Shown: piece by piece, positions 18,770 to 27,723 of the stretch | How the letters are laid out: the number at the start of each line of letters is the position of its first letter | How positions within the stretch are numbered: position 1 is the stretch's first letter | Origin: an uncultured Fibrobacterota bacterium | Lineage (GTDB): Bacteria > Fibrobacterota > Chitinivibrionia > Chitinivibrionales > WJKA01 | Length of the DNA stretch: 64,000 nucleotides | Direction of reading: 5' to 3' | NCBI GenBank assembly: GCA_964589825.1 | Contig: CAZPUS010000003.1 | Location: 64,275-128,274, forward strand | Program-made: the position numbers and the translations under genes | Notes under the pieces: generated by a model | Seen by the model: only the letters and a program-made list of their open reading frames with translations | The model's database searches: none | Told to the model about the DNA's origin: nothing

Positions 18770-20608
18770 TTAAAGAGACTGTTTACGGAGAAAACTTTCC
18801 CGATAAAAGAACAATTTGGGATCGGTAACCCTGTAGACATGCGGACCGAACCATACGTCACCCCCGGTTGGTGCCTGTTTGCCGTATCCGATATGCACAT
18901 GCGGACCCGTTGTCCTGCCGGTCATGCCAATTGTTCCGATCACTTGGTTTTTGGAAACCGAGTCACCGGTTGCGACATACCGTTCATCCATATGCGCAAA
19001 AAAGATAACCGTATTACCACTTACAACACCGACCGTTTTACCGGCAAGTGAATTATATTTCAGATACACCTTACCGGCAACGGGGGTACGTATCTGCGCC
19101 CCCAGATCTGCCGCCACATCGATTCCATAGTGAGGTGTCCCACCACCGGTGCCGCGTTCGCACCAGTCACCGGTAATGTACGAGAACGAATCTGTCACTA
19201 TGGAACAGAAAAATTCATACGCAGGAGACAGTGACTTATAATTGTTATTATCGATAGTTTGCGGTGGGTAAAAGGCCAGTTTGGCCCCCTGCGGAATAAA
19301 CTCGCTTGTTGCTCTGGGCCCGTCGTGCGTATTATTGTATATGTCAAGGGTCTGACGAATATATTCGTTCAATTGCGCATCTCCTGGGACTATCGCACTA
19401 TGTCTGCATATTGCATATTTGGCAAGACGGAATATCGATTCATCTTTTCCGAAGCGATGGTAGAATACGCGCTGCTTTTCCTTCTTTGACAATTGTACCG
19501 GAGCAAGTGGCTCTGGTGCAGAACGATTTGAAATTGGCGGGTTCCATAAAAGCCCCACGAATAAAACGAGCACCGCCGCTATTTTGTACCATACCCTCGG
19601 AATTGAGGCTCTCTTGGCCGATCCGTTTCCATACGCAAGGTTGTGCGAATAATTGTTAAGGGTATACTGTACCATTGTACAAAGTGAATCGAATGCTTTG
19701 GAGGCTTTAGAGTATTTCTTATACTCGAAAATACTCATGCCCTGGTCCTGCGCATCCCGGATAACCGATGTTTCCGGTATTTCTACATCGAATACGATTG
19801 ACTGGGGTAACATGGCAGAACCACGTCCGTTCTGAATCACGACGGTTTCACACAATTTCTGCAGGAACAATCTGTTTTCGTTTATTGTCCGTGTTTTCCC
19901 CTGTGACCGGGATCCTTTTCTTCCGTATACTTCGTTTTTAATAATCCGTATATGTACCTGTCTGTCCTGCTGGGCAAGCTTTTTCACATTAAGCAGATAA
20001 TCCTTGAAACTCCTTGTCGAAAGCGCACTCAGCGTTACCGGAATAAGGTTAAGGTCGCTTTCGCGATAAAGGCGCTTCGTAACGGTATTCCATATTGATG
20101 GAGTATCTATGAGTATGTATTTATAGTACTGGCGCAACAGAGAAAGATTAAAAAGGAAGTTCTGAATCTGGTAGGGACCCGGCGCACTGTGAAGCGCATA
20201 ATTTGCGGGTATTATATCGAATCCCGGAGAAATCGGAACTACCACTTCGGTAATATCGCCCTTGCCGAAGACCCAGGGAAACAGCGCGGATGCCCCTTTT
20301 TCCGTAACGTTCCGTACAGTCTCCAGCCCCGTATGCGCCCCCGTGTGTATACCCCATGGCGCAAAACGTTTTTTGAATAGATTCCAGGTTGTAGATGCAT
20401 ATTCATTAGGGTCCTTCCCGTACGCGTATGTCGCACTGCCCTGCGCATCCATATCTATGATGACGCATCGTCCCCGTTTTGACAAATGATATGCAAGGTT
20501 TGTCGCAATTGTGGACTTGCCTACTCCACCCTTGATATTTGCGACATTAATAATCCCGCCGGAATCGGCATCTTTAAACAGCACACCTTTATCTTTCGTA
20601 TTTGTCAT
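18770..20608 (-). CDS. Fusion protein: ParA/MinD-type ATPase, transmembrane segment, M23 (LytM) metallopeptidase
   Basis: 612 aa. Deviant Walker A NIKGGVGKSTIA, then IIDMDAQGSAT and ILIDTPS. TM segment VWYKIAAVLVLFVGLLW. C-terminal M23 motifs PHYGIDVAA (HxxxD) and TGPHVHIGY (HxH). Confidence 0.85.
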   Translation of the reverse strand: MTNTKDKGVLFKDADSGGIINVANIKGGVGKSTIATNLAYHLSKRGRCVIIDMDAQGSATYAYGKDPNEYASTTWNLFKKRFAPWGIHTGAHTGLETVRNVTEKGASALFPWVFGKGDITEVVVPISPGFDIIPANYALHSAPGPYQIQNFLFNLSLLRQYYKYILIDTPSIWNTVTKRLYRESDLNLIPVTLSALSTRSFKDYLLNVKKLAQQDRQVHIRIIKNEVYGRKGSRSQGKTRTINENRLFLQKLCETVVIQNGRGSAMLPQSIVFDVEIPETSVIRDAQDQGMSIFEYKKYSKASKAFDSLCTMVQYTLNNYSHNLAYGNGSAKRASIPRVWYKIAAVLVLFVGLLWNPPISNRSAPEPLAPVQLSKKEKQRVFYHRFGKDESIFRLAKYAICRHSAIVPGDAQLNEYIRQTLDIYNNTHDGPRATSEFIPQGAKLAFYPPQTIDNNNYKSLSPAYEFFCSIVTDSFSYITGDWCERGTGGGTPHYGIDVAADLGAQIRTPVAGKVYLKYNSLAGKTVGVVSGNTVIFFAHMDERYVATGDSVSKNQVIGTIGMTGRTTGPHVHIGYGKQAPTGGDVWFGPHVYRVTDPKLFFYRESFLRKQSL

Positions 20609-20642
20609 GACATCACCACCTCTGGATGGTTCTCTCTTTATT

Positions 20643-20821
20643 CCTTAACTAATTGTACAGTATTGTGTTGACACTGTCAAGTAAATCTAACGACATTGTT
20701 GTTAGGTTGCAGAAAATCGTGCTCGGCATATATCAAAAATCGGAAATTGGGCCCGTATCAGGTTGTTATCGTATGCAGAAACTGCAGTAGTGAGAAGCTT
20801 TTTCTGATTATGCTACCCCGG
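20643..20821 (+). repeat. Imperfect-palindrome intergenic element, divergent copy with an insertion
   Basis: ccttaactaattg..., gaaaatcgtgctcgg, caggttgttatcgtatgc and agaagctttttctgatt correspond in order to the conserved blocks of the 41045 copy. The termini are poorly paired. Confidence 0.4.
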
Positions 20822-20951
20822 ATTACAATCACATCGTGGACAAAAATATAAAGCGGCAATTACTCGTTCCAGACACCTTCTCAAAAAACTGAATATACAG
20901 ATGAAACAGGTATCTTGCGGCATAACCGTCAGTTACGGACAATACGGCATG

Positions 20952-21632
20952 TCACTTTGACTTTTGCGTAATTTCGGCAACAAGATTCCCGGCATTCTGA
21001 TGGTATTTTGTATGCAAGGTATCCGCTATAATAGATCGGCATAACTGCAGGGCTTCCTGATAGTTGCCGCCATCTGCTTCCAGACACGCCATCTTCCACG
21101 CAACCGCATTTTTACGATGGGCATATGCCTGATACTCTCTGGCCTTTTCAAAAGACCGACGCGCCTGCGGCTGATCATCCATATATTCATAACAGACTCC
21201 TTCAGCCTCAAAAACCGCCCCTTTAATAAACGTATTATCAGGCAGCTTGCCGGAAGCAACCGATAACCACTCCAATGCAGCGCTGTACTCACCATCGCTC
21301 ATTCTGTTTTTTGCAAGCAAAAATGCACTGTAGCCTGCATAGGAAGTATTGCTGTAATTGTTCACGATACTTTCGAGCTCGTATGAGGCACTGTCAACCC
21401 CAAAAGTCCGTGCAACAAACATCGCCGTGCCGAATGATTCCTGCGCATTTTTCATGGTCGTACTTTTAATCGCCCTGTAAGAAAACATGCCGATTCCAAC
21501 CAGCACTATCACCGTAATTACACCAATCACTCCGCTTCGGTGCTCCCGAACGAATTTTTGCAGACGGGAAATGACATCGGCCAGGGGGTCTTTTCGGTAC
21601 TCTTCCTTCTTCTTGTTCGGTGAAATATGCAT
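20952..21632 (-). CDS. Membrane-anchored TPR-like protein (YfgM/UPF0070-like)
   Basis: Start trimmed to M55 (ATG at 21632) of the 280-aa track ORF. One TM (GVIGVITVIVLVGIGMF) followed by helical-repeat sequence (YSAALEWL..., YQEALQLC...). Confidence 0.55.
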   Translation of the reverse strand: MHISPNKKKEEYRKDPLADVISRLQKFVREHRSGVIGVITVIVLVGIGMFSYRAIKSTTMKNAQESFGTAMFVARTFGVDSASYELESIVNNYSNTSYAGYSAFLLAKNRMSDGEYSAALEWLSVASGKLPDNTFIKGAVFEAEGVCYEYMDDQPQARRSFEKAREYQAYAHRKNAVAWKMACLEADGGNYQEALQLCRSIIADTLHTKYHQNAGNLVAEITQKSK

Positions 21633-22013
21633 ATTTTCCTCACTGGTAATCTCGTAAAAAAAAATAAAAAAATACGATCCTAAAAATAACAATTGGCTGC
21701 AGTATATACCTAATAACCCCCGGACTCTGTTAAAAAAGATTTCTTGCACCTCATTTTTGGCTGTAAAACGATATCCCATACATCGCTGCAGCAACAGTGG
21801 GGAAAAAGTGCCTGTATGTCGTTTGCAGGGCTATAGATAATGGATTAAAGTTCAACACTTCTACAATCATATACAATCACAAAGGGTCGTTTAAACCATA
21901 ATCTGCCTGATATCTTTTATGTATTGATTCGACGGCTTCGTTTAAGCTATTTTTACACACCATTGAAATGAGTTCAGTTACAATCCATACATTATAAAAC
22001 AAGGAGTGTTCAC

Positions 22014-23231
22014 GTGGCACAACTAAAAGGAAATGCGGTTATTGCCCAGGGGGGCGGGCCTACCGCAGTTATCAATCAAAGCTTGGTTGGCGCAATTATC
22101 GAGGCACAGAAATATTCGTGCATCGATAAAATTTACGGCGCAAAACACGGCGTTCGCGGGATTATCGATGAAGATCTGGTAGATCTTACCAGTACGACAT
22201 CCTACAACCTCGAATTTGTCGGTATGACACCTTCCTCGGCGTTGCTCTCCACCAGAGACAAACCGGATGAAGAATACTGTGCAAAGATTTTCGAAGTGTT
22301 AAAAGCACACAATGTACGATTCTTTTTCTACATCGGCGGCAACGACTCTGCCGACACATGCCGTATTGTAAATGAGAATGCCAAAGAGGCGGGCTATGAG
22401 CTCTGTGTCGTCCACATCCCAAAGACTATCGACAATGACCTGCGGGTTACCGATCATTGCCCCGGATTCGGCTCCGCCGCCAAATTCGTGGCGCAATCAT
22501 TCGCCGGAGTAAATCTTGACAACCGCAGTATTCCGGGAGTATACATCGGCGTGGTAATGGGCCGTCATGCCGGGTTCCTTACCGCTGCCGGTGCGCTGGC
22601 CAAAAAATATGAAGATGACGGCCCGCACCTGATCTATGTACCTGAAAAGCCGTTTTCTTCTGATAATTTCATCGAAAAAGTCGATGGAGCCTATTCCCGA
22701 TACGGCCGCTGTGTAATCGCTGTTTCGGAAGGTGTGGTTAATGAAAACAACGAACCGATCGTAACCACCTTGACAAAGGACAACGAAAAAGACGCACATG
22801 GCAACGTACAGCTTTCCGGTACGGGGGCGCTCGCCGATGCGCTGTCTTCTCTTATCAAGGAAAAGCTGAAAATAAAACGTGTGCGCGGTGATACATTCGG
22901 CTACCTGCAGCGCAGCTTCCTTGGCGCTATATCCGAAACCGACAGTCGCGAAGCACGCGAGGTCGGTGAAAAGGCTGTCCAGTACACCGTACTCGAAAAC
23001 CGCAGCGGGAGCGTCGCAATCGTCAGAACCGGAAACTATGCAGTAGAATACACGCTTACTGCGCTGGAGAATGTTGCACGTCATACCAAATCCATGCCGG
23101 ACGAATTCATAGACGCGGATAATGCCGGTGTAACACCTCAATTTATCGACTATGCACGTCCGCTGGCCGGAGTGCTTCCGGCGCAGGAACGCCTGCAGGC
23201 GCCAGCAGTTGAAAAAATTCTTAACAGTTAA
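22014..23231 (+). CDS. 6-phosphofructokinase family enzyme (possibly PPi-dependent type)
   Basis: 405 aa. GTG start with an AAGGAG SD 8 nt upstream. AQGGGPTAVINQS, YIGGNDS, PKTIDNDL and MGRHAGFL. Confidence 0.85.
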   Translation: MAQLKGNAVIAQGGGPTAVINQSLVGAIIEAQKYSCIDKIYGAKHGVRGIIDEDLVDLTSTTSYNLEFVGMTPSSALLSTRDKPDEEYCAKIFEVLKAHNVRFFFYIGGNDSADTCRIVNENAKEAGYELCVVHIPKTIDNDLRVTDHCPGFGSAAKFVAQSFAGVNLDNRSIPGVYIGVVMGRHAGFLTAAGALAKKYEDDGPHLIYVPEKPFSSDNFIEKVDGAYSRYGRCVIAVSEGVVNENNEPIVTTLTKDNEKDAHGNVQLSGTGALADALSSLIKEKLKIKRVRGDTFGYLQRSFLGAISETDSREAREVGEKAVQYTVLENRSGSVAIVRTGNYAVEYTLTALENVARHTKSMPDEFIDADNAGVTPQFIDYARPLAGVLPAQERLQAPAVEKILNS

Positions 23232-23290
23232 ACAACGCTTACGTATTTCTCGGACACACGTTATCCGATAATACCGGAGGATCCACGGAT

Positions 23291-24124
23291 ATGCATTTTT
23301 TTTCTTTTTTTCATCGCAGTGTCGTGGATCCCTCTTTTTATTATGAAGCGGTCCGCGCGCCACTTTCCCGCGCGCTCATTTATATAACCATGCTGTGCAT
23401 GCTGTCCATCCTTGCCATGACCACCGCACGCTATGTCTACACGCTGAATCCCCAAGACGGTCTTGCACCCAAACTCGAATCATTGTTTGAGAACATCTAT
23501 ATAAAAGACGGTCGCCTGTATCCGGCTCGTGAAACACCATATGCACTCTCCAGAGAAAAACTCGCGGTAGTAATCAACGAATTGCTCGATGTGCGGGGCA
23601 ACAGCACAGCGATACGGGACTCATTTATCATCCTGGATACCAGCAGCTCCATGACACCACAGCAATACCCGACAGCTCCAATTATTATGGGAGCATCCCG
23701 CATATACATAAACACCCGGGGTACCTCAGCGCAGAATTCAGGTATTCCCTATTCCAATTTGCTTTCACAAAGCAACGATTTTCATTTTTCCAAAGACGCG
23801 ATACTCTCGATTTTACACAACCATGGTGTCCTATTATTTATTTTTTTATTATTGCAGCAATGCATTGTTGCTATTGTTATTGCGGTACTTGTGTGCGTAC
23901 TGCTTTTTATTGCAACATACCTGCTGTCACCATACCGCATCGTGCGTGCAGGAAACCATTGTAAGCTGATATTATTTTCATTGACACCGGTATGTACGGG
24001 AAATGCGCTGGTAGCGGTTTCCGGATTCAGCAGAGTGTCAAGTATATGGATTGTCTTTGCCCTGTTTTCCCTTGTCATTGTCATACGGGGAAAACGGTAT
24101 ATACGGCGGCATATGCAGGAATAA
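23291..24124 (+). CDS. Polytopic membrane protein (DUF1189-like N-terminus)
   Basis: 277 aa with several hydrophobic spans. The N-terminal pattern FF.RSVVDPSFY...AL.Y resembles DUF1189. No search was run. Confidence 0.5.
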   Translation: MHFFSFFHRSVVDPSFYYEAVRAPLSRALIYITMLCMLSILAMTTARYVYTLNPQDGLAPKLESLFENIYIKDGRLYPARETPYALSREKLAVVINELLDVRGNSTAIRDSFIILDTSSSMTPQQYPTAPIIMGASRIYINTRGTSAQNSGIPYSNLLSQSNDFHFSKDAILSILHNHGVLLFIFLLLQQCIVAIVIAVLVCVLLFIATYLLSPYRIVRAGNHCKLILFSLTPVCTGNALVAVSGFSRVSSIWIVFALFSLVIVIRGKRYIRRHMQE

Positions 24125-24142
24125 AAGAAAAGAGGAGAAAAA

Positions 24143-25021
24143 ATGTTTTTAAATACCGTTATGAAAAAGGGGAACGCGCAAGATCTTGATGGACGTGTAA
24201 CGGTATATGCAAAAGTAGATATTGACCCGGAGGAAGTACTCGAATCCAAACACCCGATTATATCGGTAATTCAAAACGGATTGCTGGTCGCCCAGGGCAA
24301 TTTTATCGAACAAAACAGTCTCAAGGATTTTCTAAACTCGGAAATGGGCCTCTCACTCGATGATGATCTTGAGGAGATAATAAACAGGCTGGGAGGTCTC
24401 GAATCCGCACTTGACCCGCAAAAGCTGCGCGATAAAATGAAAAACATGGAGGAATTCGAGGATTTCATTCCCACACCTGCTAAAGTCGTTCCATTTCAAT
24501 CGGAAGAAGAGATTCTCTCACAGGAGGGAGATGTTTTCTTCATGGGTGATTTTACAAACGTGAGTAACGCCAATCTTTGCGTTAATGCCTTCCCCATTAT
24601 TTATCAGTCCCATTACCGGGAACAACAACTGCACGAGGTAAAAAATGAAGTGCAACAGATTATTTCACAAATTGAAAAAGGGGCCTCATCTGCACCCGGA
24701 AGTCTCTACTCCCTCGACTCGGGAGAAGAGGTCGTTGAAAAGATATTAAAAGATTATTTCCCGCATTTGCTCTATTGTCGAAGTATTAACGAAAACTTTG
24801 AGAAAGCCACACAGCGTTTTCGTGAGTTCATGAAGGGGTACCAATTCCCGCAGGATGTAGAGACAATTATCTCAATTATCTCACGCAATCGCACACTTAC
24901 ACAAAAGCAGTATACGCTTCTGGAGCTCTATGCCAAAAAAATCGCCGCATTGAGGGAAGAAAACTATACCGAACTGGATGAAATACAAAAAAAAATAGAT
25001 GATTTCGATGAAAACGAATAA
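24143..25021 (+). CDS. Hypothetical acidic cytoplasmic protein
   Basis: 292 aa. An AGAGGAG SD lies upstream of the ATG. No recognisable motif. The C-terminus is helical and charged. Confidence 0.5.
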   Translation: MFLNTVMKKGNAQDLDGRVTVYAKVDIDPEEVLESKHPIISVIQNGLLVAQGNFIEQNSLKDFLNSEMGLSLDDDLEEIINRLGGLESALDPQKLRDKMKNMEEFEDFIPTPAKVVPFQSEEEILSQEGDVFFMGDFTNVSNANLCVNAFPIIYQSHYREQQLHEVKNEVQQIISQIEKGASSAPGSLYSLDSGEEVVEKILKDYFPHLLYCRSINENFEKATQRFREFMKGYQFPQDVETIISIISRNRTLTQKQYTLLELYAKKIAALREENYTELDEIQKKIDDFDENE

Positions 25022-25050
25022 TTGAGTGCCCCCGGGTTAGCCATACAGAC

Positions 25051-26709
25051 ATGCATATACCATATAAAAAAGTCTTCGATTCCTTTCCGGTCGCCTCATT
25101 TATCACGACCGACAAATGGGAGGTCCTGGCCGTCAATCGCACCGGCAGACAAATGCTTGACATCGCCCGGATGCGCATCCTTCACAGTGACCTGCGAGAA
25201 CATATCGCGTTCAAGGACAAAACGAGCGATACCTGGCAGAATATCGCGGAAATTCTATATACACACCTGCAATACGACACCGAAATGGTCCTCAAAGATC
25301 ATCCGCACCATAGAGAATCTTTCTTTGGACATTTCGCGGCCCTTCTTACCCACAATGAAACCCATTATTTCAGTGTCTCTATAAGCGAACAGGCGAATGC
25401 GGTACAACTCAACCGGACACTGAACAACAAGGATCTGAAAATAGCCCAGGTCCAATCCGAACTCATGCGCTATACCAAAGAGGCCCGTGATTTAAGCAAG
25501 CTCAAATCGAACTTCCTCAGCATTGCCTCCCACGAGCTTAAAACCCCGCTTACATCGATCAAAGGCTATTCGGATCTGCTTATAGAATCGACTCCCGGCA
25601 AAATAGAGGACGGCTTTGTCGCTCAACTGATAAAAAACATAAACCGTTCCTCCACGAGATTGACGAACGTGGTGAATAATATCCTCGATATAAGCAGAGT
25701 TCAGGAAAAACGCATAGAGCTTCATCCCGAGTATTCGGACATCACAGAAATAGTCACAGACTGCATCGAAGAGCTTACGCCCATCAGTGAAACCAGGCAT
25801 ATCGGTTTTCATTGCGATTTCGCGGACAACCTGCCCAGGTTTTACGGCGACAAGTCACGTATATACCGACAATTTTTCAACATTTTGACAAATGCTATTA
25901 AGTTTTCCCCCGACCACTCATGTATAAATATTAAAGTGAGGATGGAAAATCCCGACAATTATCACATTTCGGTTCGCGATGCCGGTATCGGTATACCGAA
26001 AGAAGAGCGGAAACGCATCTTCGAACCTTTTGTAAAGCTGGGAAGCACCAACAAACACACCTCCCAGAATTACAATTTCATGGGCGGCGGCGCCGGCCTT
26101 GGTTTGTCGGTTGTCAAGGGGATACTCGAGTGCCACGGAGGCCATATCTGGGTAGAAAGCTCACATTGCGGTAATAAGGATGAAATGCCCGGCAGCGTGT
26201 TTCATATGATACTACCGCATACACTCCGCGTCAACTCAGATATCTGTAAAAAATCACGAGATGAATCGAATACCGGGGGTAATGATGAATCAAAATTAAA
26301 ACTGCCTCAACAGACTGAAGCAATGCCAGAAATACTTCTTATAGACAACAACCCGGACACTACGGGTATCATTAAAAAAATGCTTCACGATGCGTTTGAG
26401 CTTATTATCGCGACCTCTGCCGAAGAGGCTCTTACCACAGGCTTTTCCTCTTCATCGGAATGCATCCTGATAAACGAAGCGCTGAAGGGGCTTGACGCGA
26501 TTCGGTTAAGCAGGATTTTTCGTACCCAACCGGAGACAAAAGCGACCCCTCTCGGACTCTATTCATCAGTATCGGATGAATCAAGAATCCGGGATGCCTT
26601 TAATGTCGGGGCCGATGAGTATATAGTACTGCCGCTCAGTGACCGGGATTTTGTAGAAAAAATCTGGCATCTGCTGATAAAAAAGAAGGAAAGCTCGTTT
26701 TTTGCCTGA
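25051..26709 (+). CDS. Sensor histidine kinase with C-terminal pseudo-receiver
   Basis: 552 aa. H-box FLSIASHELKTPLTSIKGYSDLL and HATPase GGGAGLGLSVVKGILECHGG. The C-terminal REC-like domain has Asn at the acceptor position (CILINEAL) and Leu for the conserved Lys (YIVLPL). Confidence 0.85.
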   Translation: MHIPYKKVFDSFPVASFITTDKWEVLAVNRTGRQMLDIARMRILHSDLREHIAFKDKTSDTWQNIAEILYTHLQYDTEMVLKDHPHHRESFFGHFAALLTHNETHYFSVSISEQANAVQLNRTLNNKDLKIAQVQSELMRYTKEARDLSKLKSNFLSIASHELKTPLTSIKGYSDLLIESTPGKIEDGFVAQLIKNINRSSTRLTNVVNNILDISRVQEKRIELHPEYSDITEIVTDCIEELTPISETRHIGFHCDFADNLPRFYGDKSRIYRQFFNILTNAIKFSPDHSCINIKVRMENPDNYHISVRDAGIGIPKEERKRIFEPFVKLGSTNKHTSQNYNFMGGGAGLGLSVVKGILECHGGHIWVESSHCGNKDEMPGSVFHMILPHTLRVNSDICKKSRDESNTGGNDESKLKLPQQTEAMPEILLIDNNPDTTGIIKKMLHDAFELIIATSAEEALTTGFSSSSECILINEALKGLDAIRLSRIFRTQPETKATPLGLYSSVSDESRIRDAFNVGADEYIVLPLSDRDFVEKIWHLLIKKKESSFFA

Positions 26710-26841
26710 ACAATACCTTTATCCCTTATCTTATACGACTAGGCTACTTCATACTATACCATTATGCTTGTGTTTGTATAATACCTCTGCCTTCAATCTT
26801 CCACCTGCGCCTCCCCCACATATTAACTCAACCGATCCCTT

Positions 26842-27294
26842 TTATTCCGCCTGACGTTCCACGGTATTGCGGTCTACATTCTCCTTAAGCGCATCTTCGA
26901 ATGAACGATCCAGTTCAATCGATGCATCCGCCCGCTTCGCATCAATAATTGCTATAGGGGTCGGGTTATCGAGATAGCCCATAACTTCCTGTTCCTCGAA
27001 CATAAACTCTTTCCCTTTTGCCGTAGCCGCCACAAGCCGCTTTTCCACCCAGCCTACGGTACCGCCTTCGGGCATTTCAACCTTGTAATGGTTGCGTGTC
27101 GACTGCAGCACCCTTAACCGATCGTTTTTATCCGCTTTCGCAACAGGCTGGGCATACTTTTCACGCACCTGGTTCTCATAGACTCCGACATCATTCTTTT
27201 TCGGCATAACCCACTCGACGTTCTGCGCCATAACGGCACTACCCATACACGAGATGATTATCACAGCCGACAGAATCATATTCTTACGTATCAT
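26842..27294 (-). CDS. Secreted SH3b-like domain protein
   Basis: 150 aa. Signal peptide MIRKNMILSAVIIISCMGSAVMA. SH3-like region RLRVLQSTRNHYKVEMPEGGTVGWVEKRLV. Confidence 0.55.
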   Translation of the reverse strand: MIRKNMILSAVIIISCMGSAVMAQNVEWVMPKKNDVGVYENQVREKYAQPVAKADKNDRLRVLQSTRNHYKVEMPEGGTVGWVEKRLVAATAKGKEFMFEEQEVMGYLDNPTPIAIIDAKRADASIELDRSFEDALKENVDRNTVERQAE

Positions 27295-27470
27295 AATTAA
27301 CTACTCCTTGTTCACGTGTGTATTCATTGTATGCAAATATATATTAAGGTCAATTGTTTATTCAACCTACCGGATCCTATTATTATTTTACAATAAATCA
27401 GGCTGTTTTGCAACTCCTTTTTATTATATTCTGACATATCCACACCTATACGCTCACATGGTACACGCAA

Positions 27471-27716
27471 ATGGATACGCGCCCCCGGTATAACCTTGAA
27501 AAAGAAGTAAAAGAATTACTCCGTACTGAATCCGACACTCCCGCTCCCCAAAAAAACGCTGCGGGAATTCGTACCTCTGCTGCCGATATTTCGTCTCATT
27601 CCCGTAATACACATACGCACCTCTCTTCTTTTATCAGCACGTTTGTTCGAATTGCGGCAACGCTTTTCGTCCTTTTTATGTTATTCGCATTCGTCCGCAC
27701 CATTATTGCTGCATAA
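27471..27716 (+). CDS. Small tail-anchored membrane protein (hypothetical)
   Basis: 81 aa with a C-terminal hydrophobic span FVRIAATLFVLFMLFAFV. No homology recognised; it may not be expressed. Confidence 0.3.
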   Translation: MDTRPRYNLEKEVKELLRTESDTPAPQKNAAGIRTSAADISSHSRNTHTHLSSFISTFVRIAATLFVLFMLFAFVRTIIAA

Positions 27717-27723
27717 AAAGCTA

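Noticed and set aside
20952-21794. Full 280-aa version of the TPR-protein ORF
   Set aside because: The first 54 codons translate an AT-rich promoter-like region (FFIFFYEITSEEN). MHISPNKKKEE at 21632 is a more plausible start. The longer form is kept only as an alternative.
22497-23363. 288-aa minus-strand ORF across the PFK-family gene and the following spacer
   Set aside because: It is antisense to a well-supported phosphofructokinase-family gene. The sequence is low-information. A shadow ORF.
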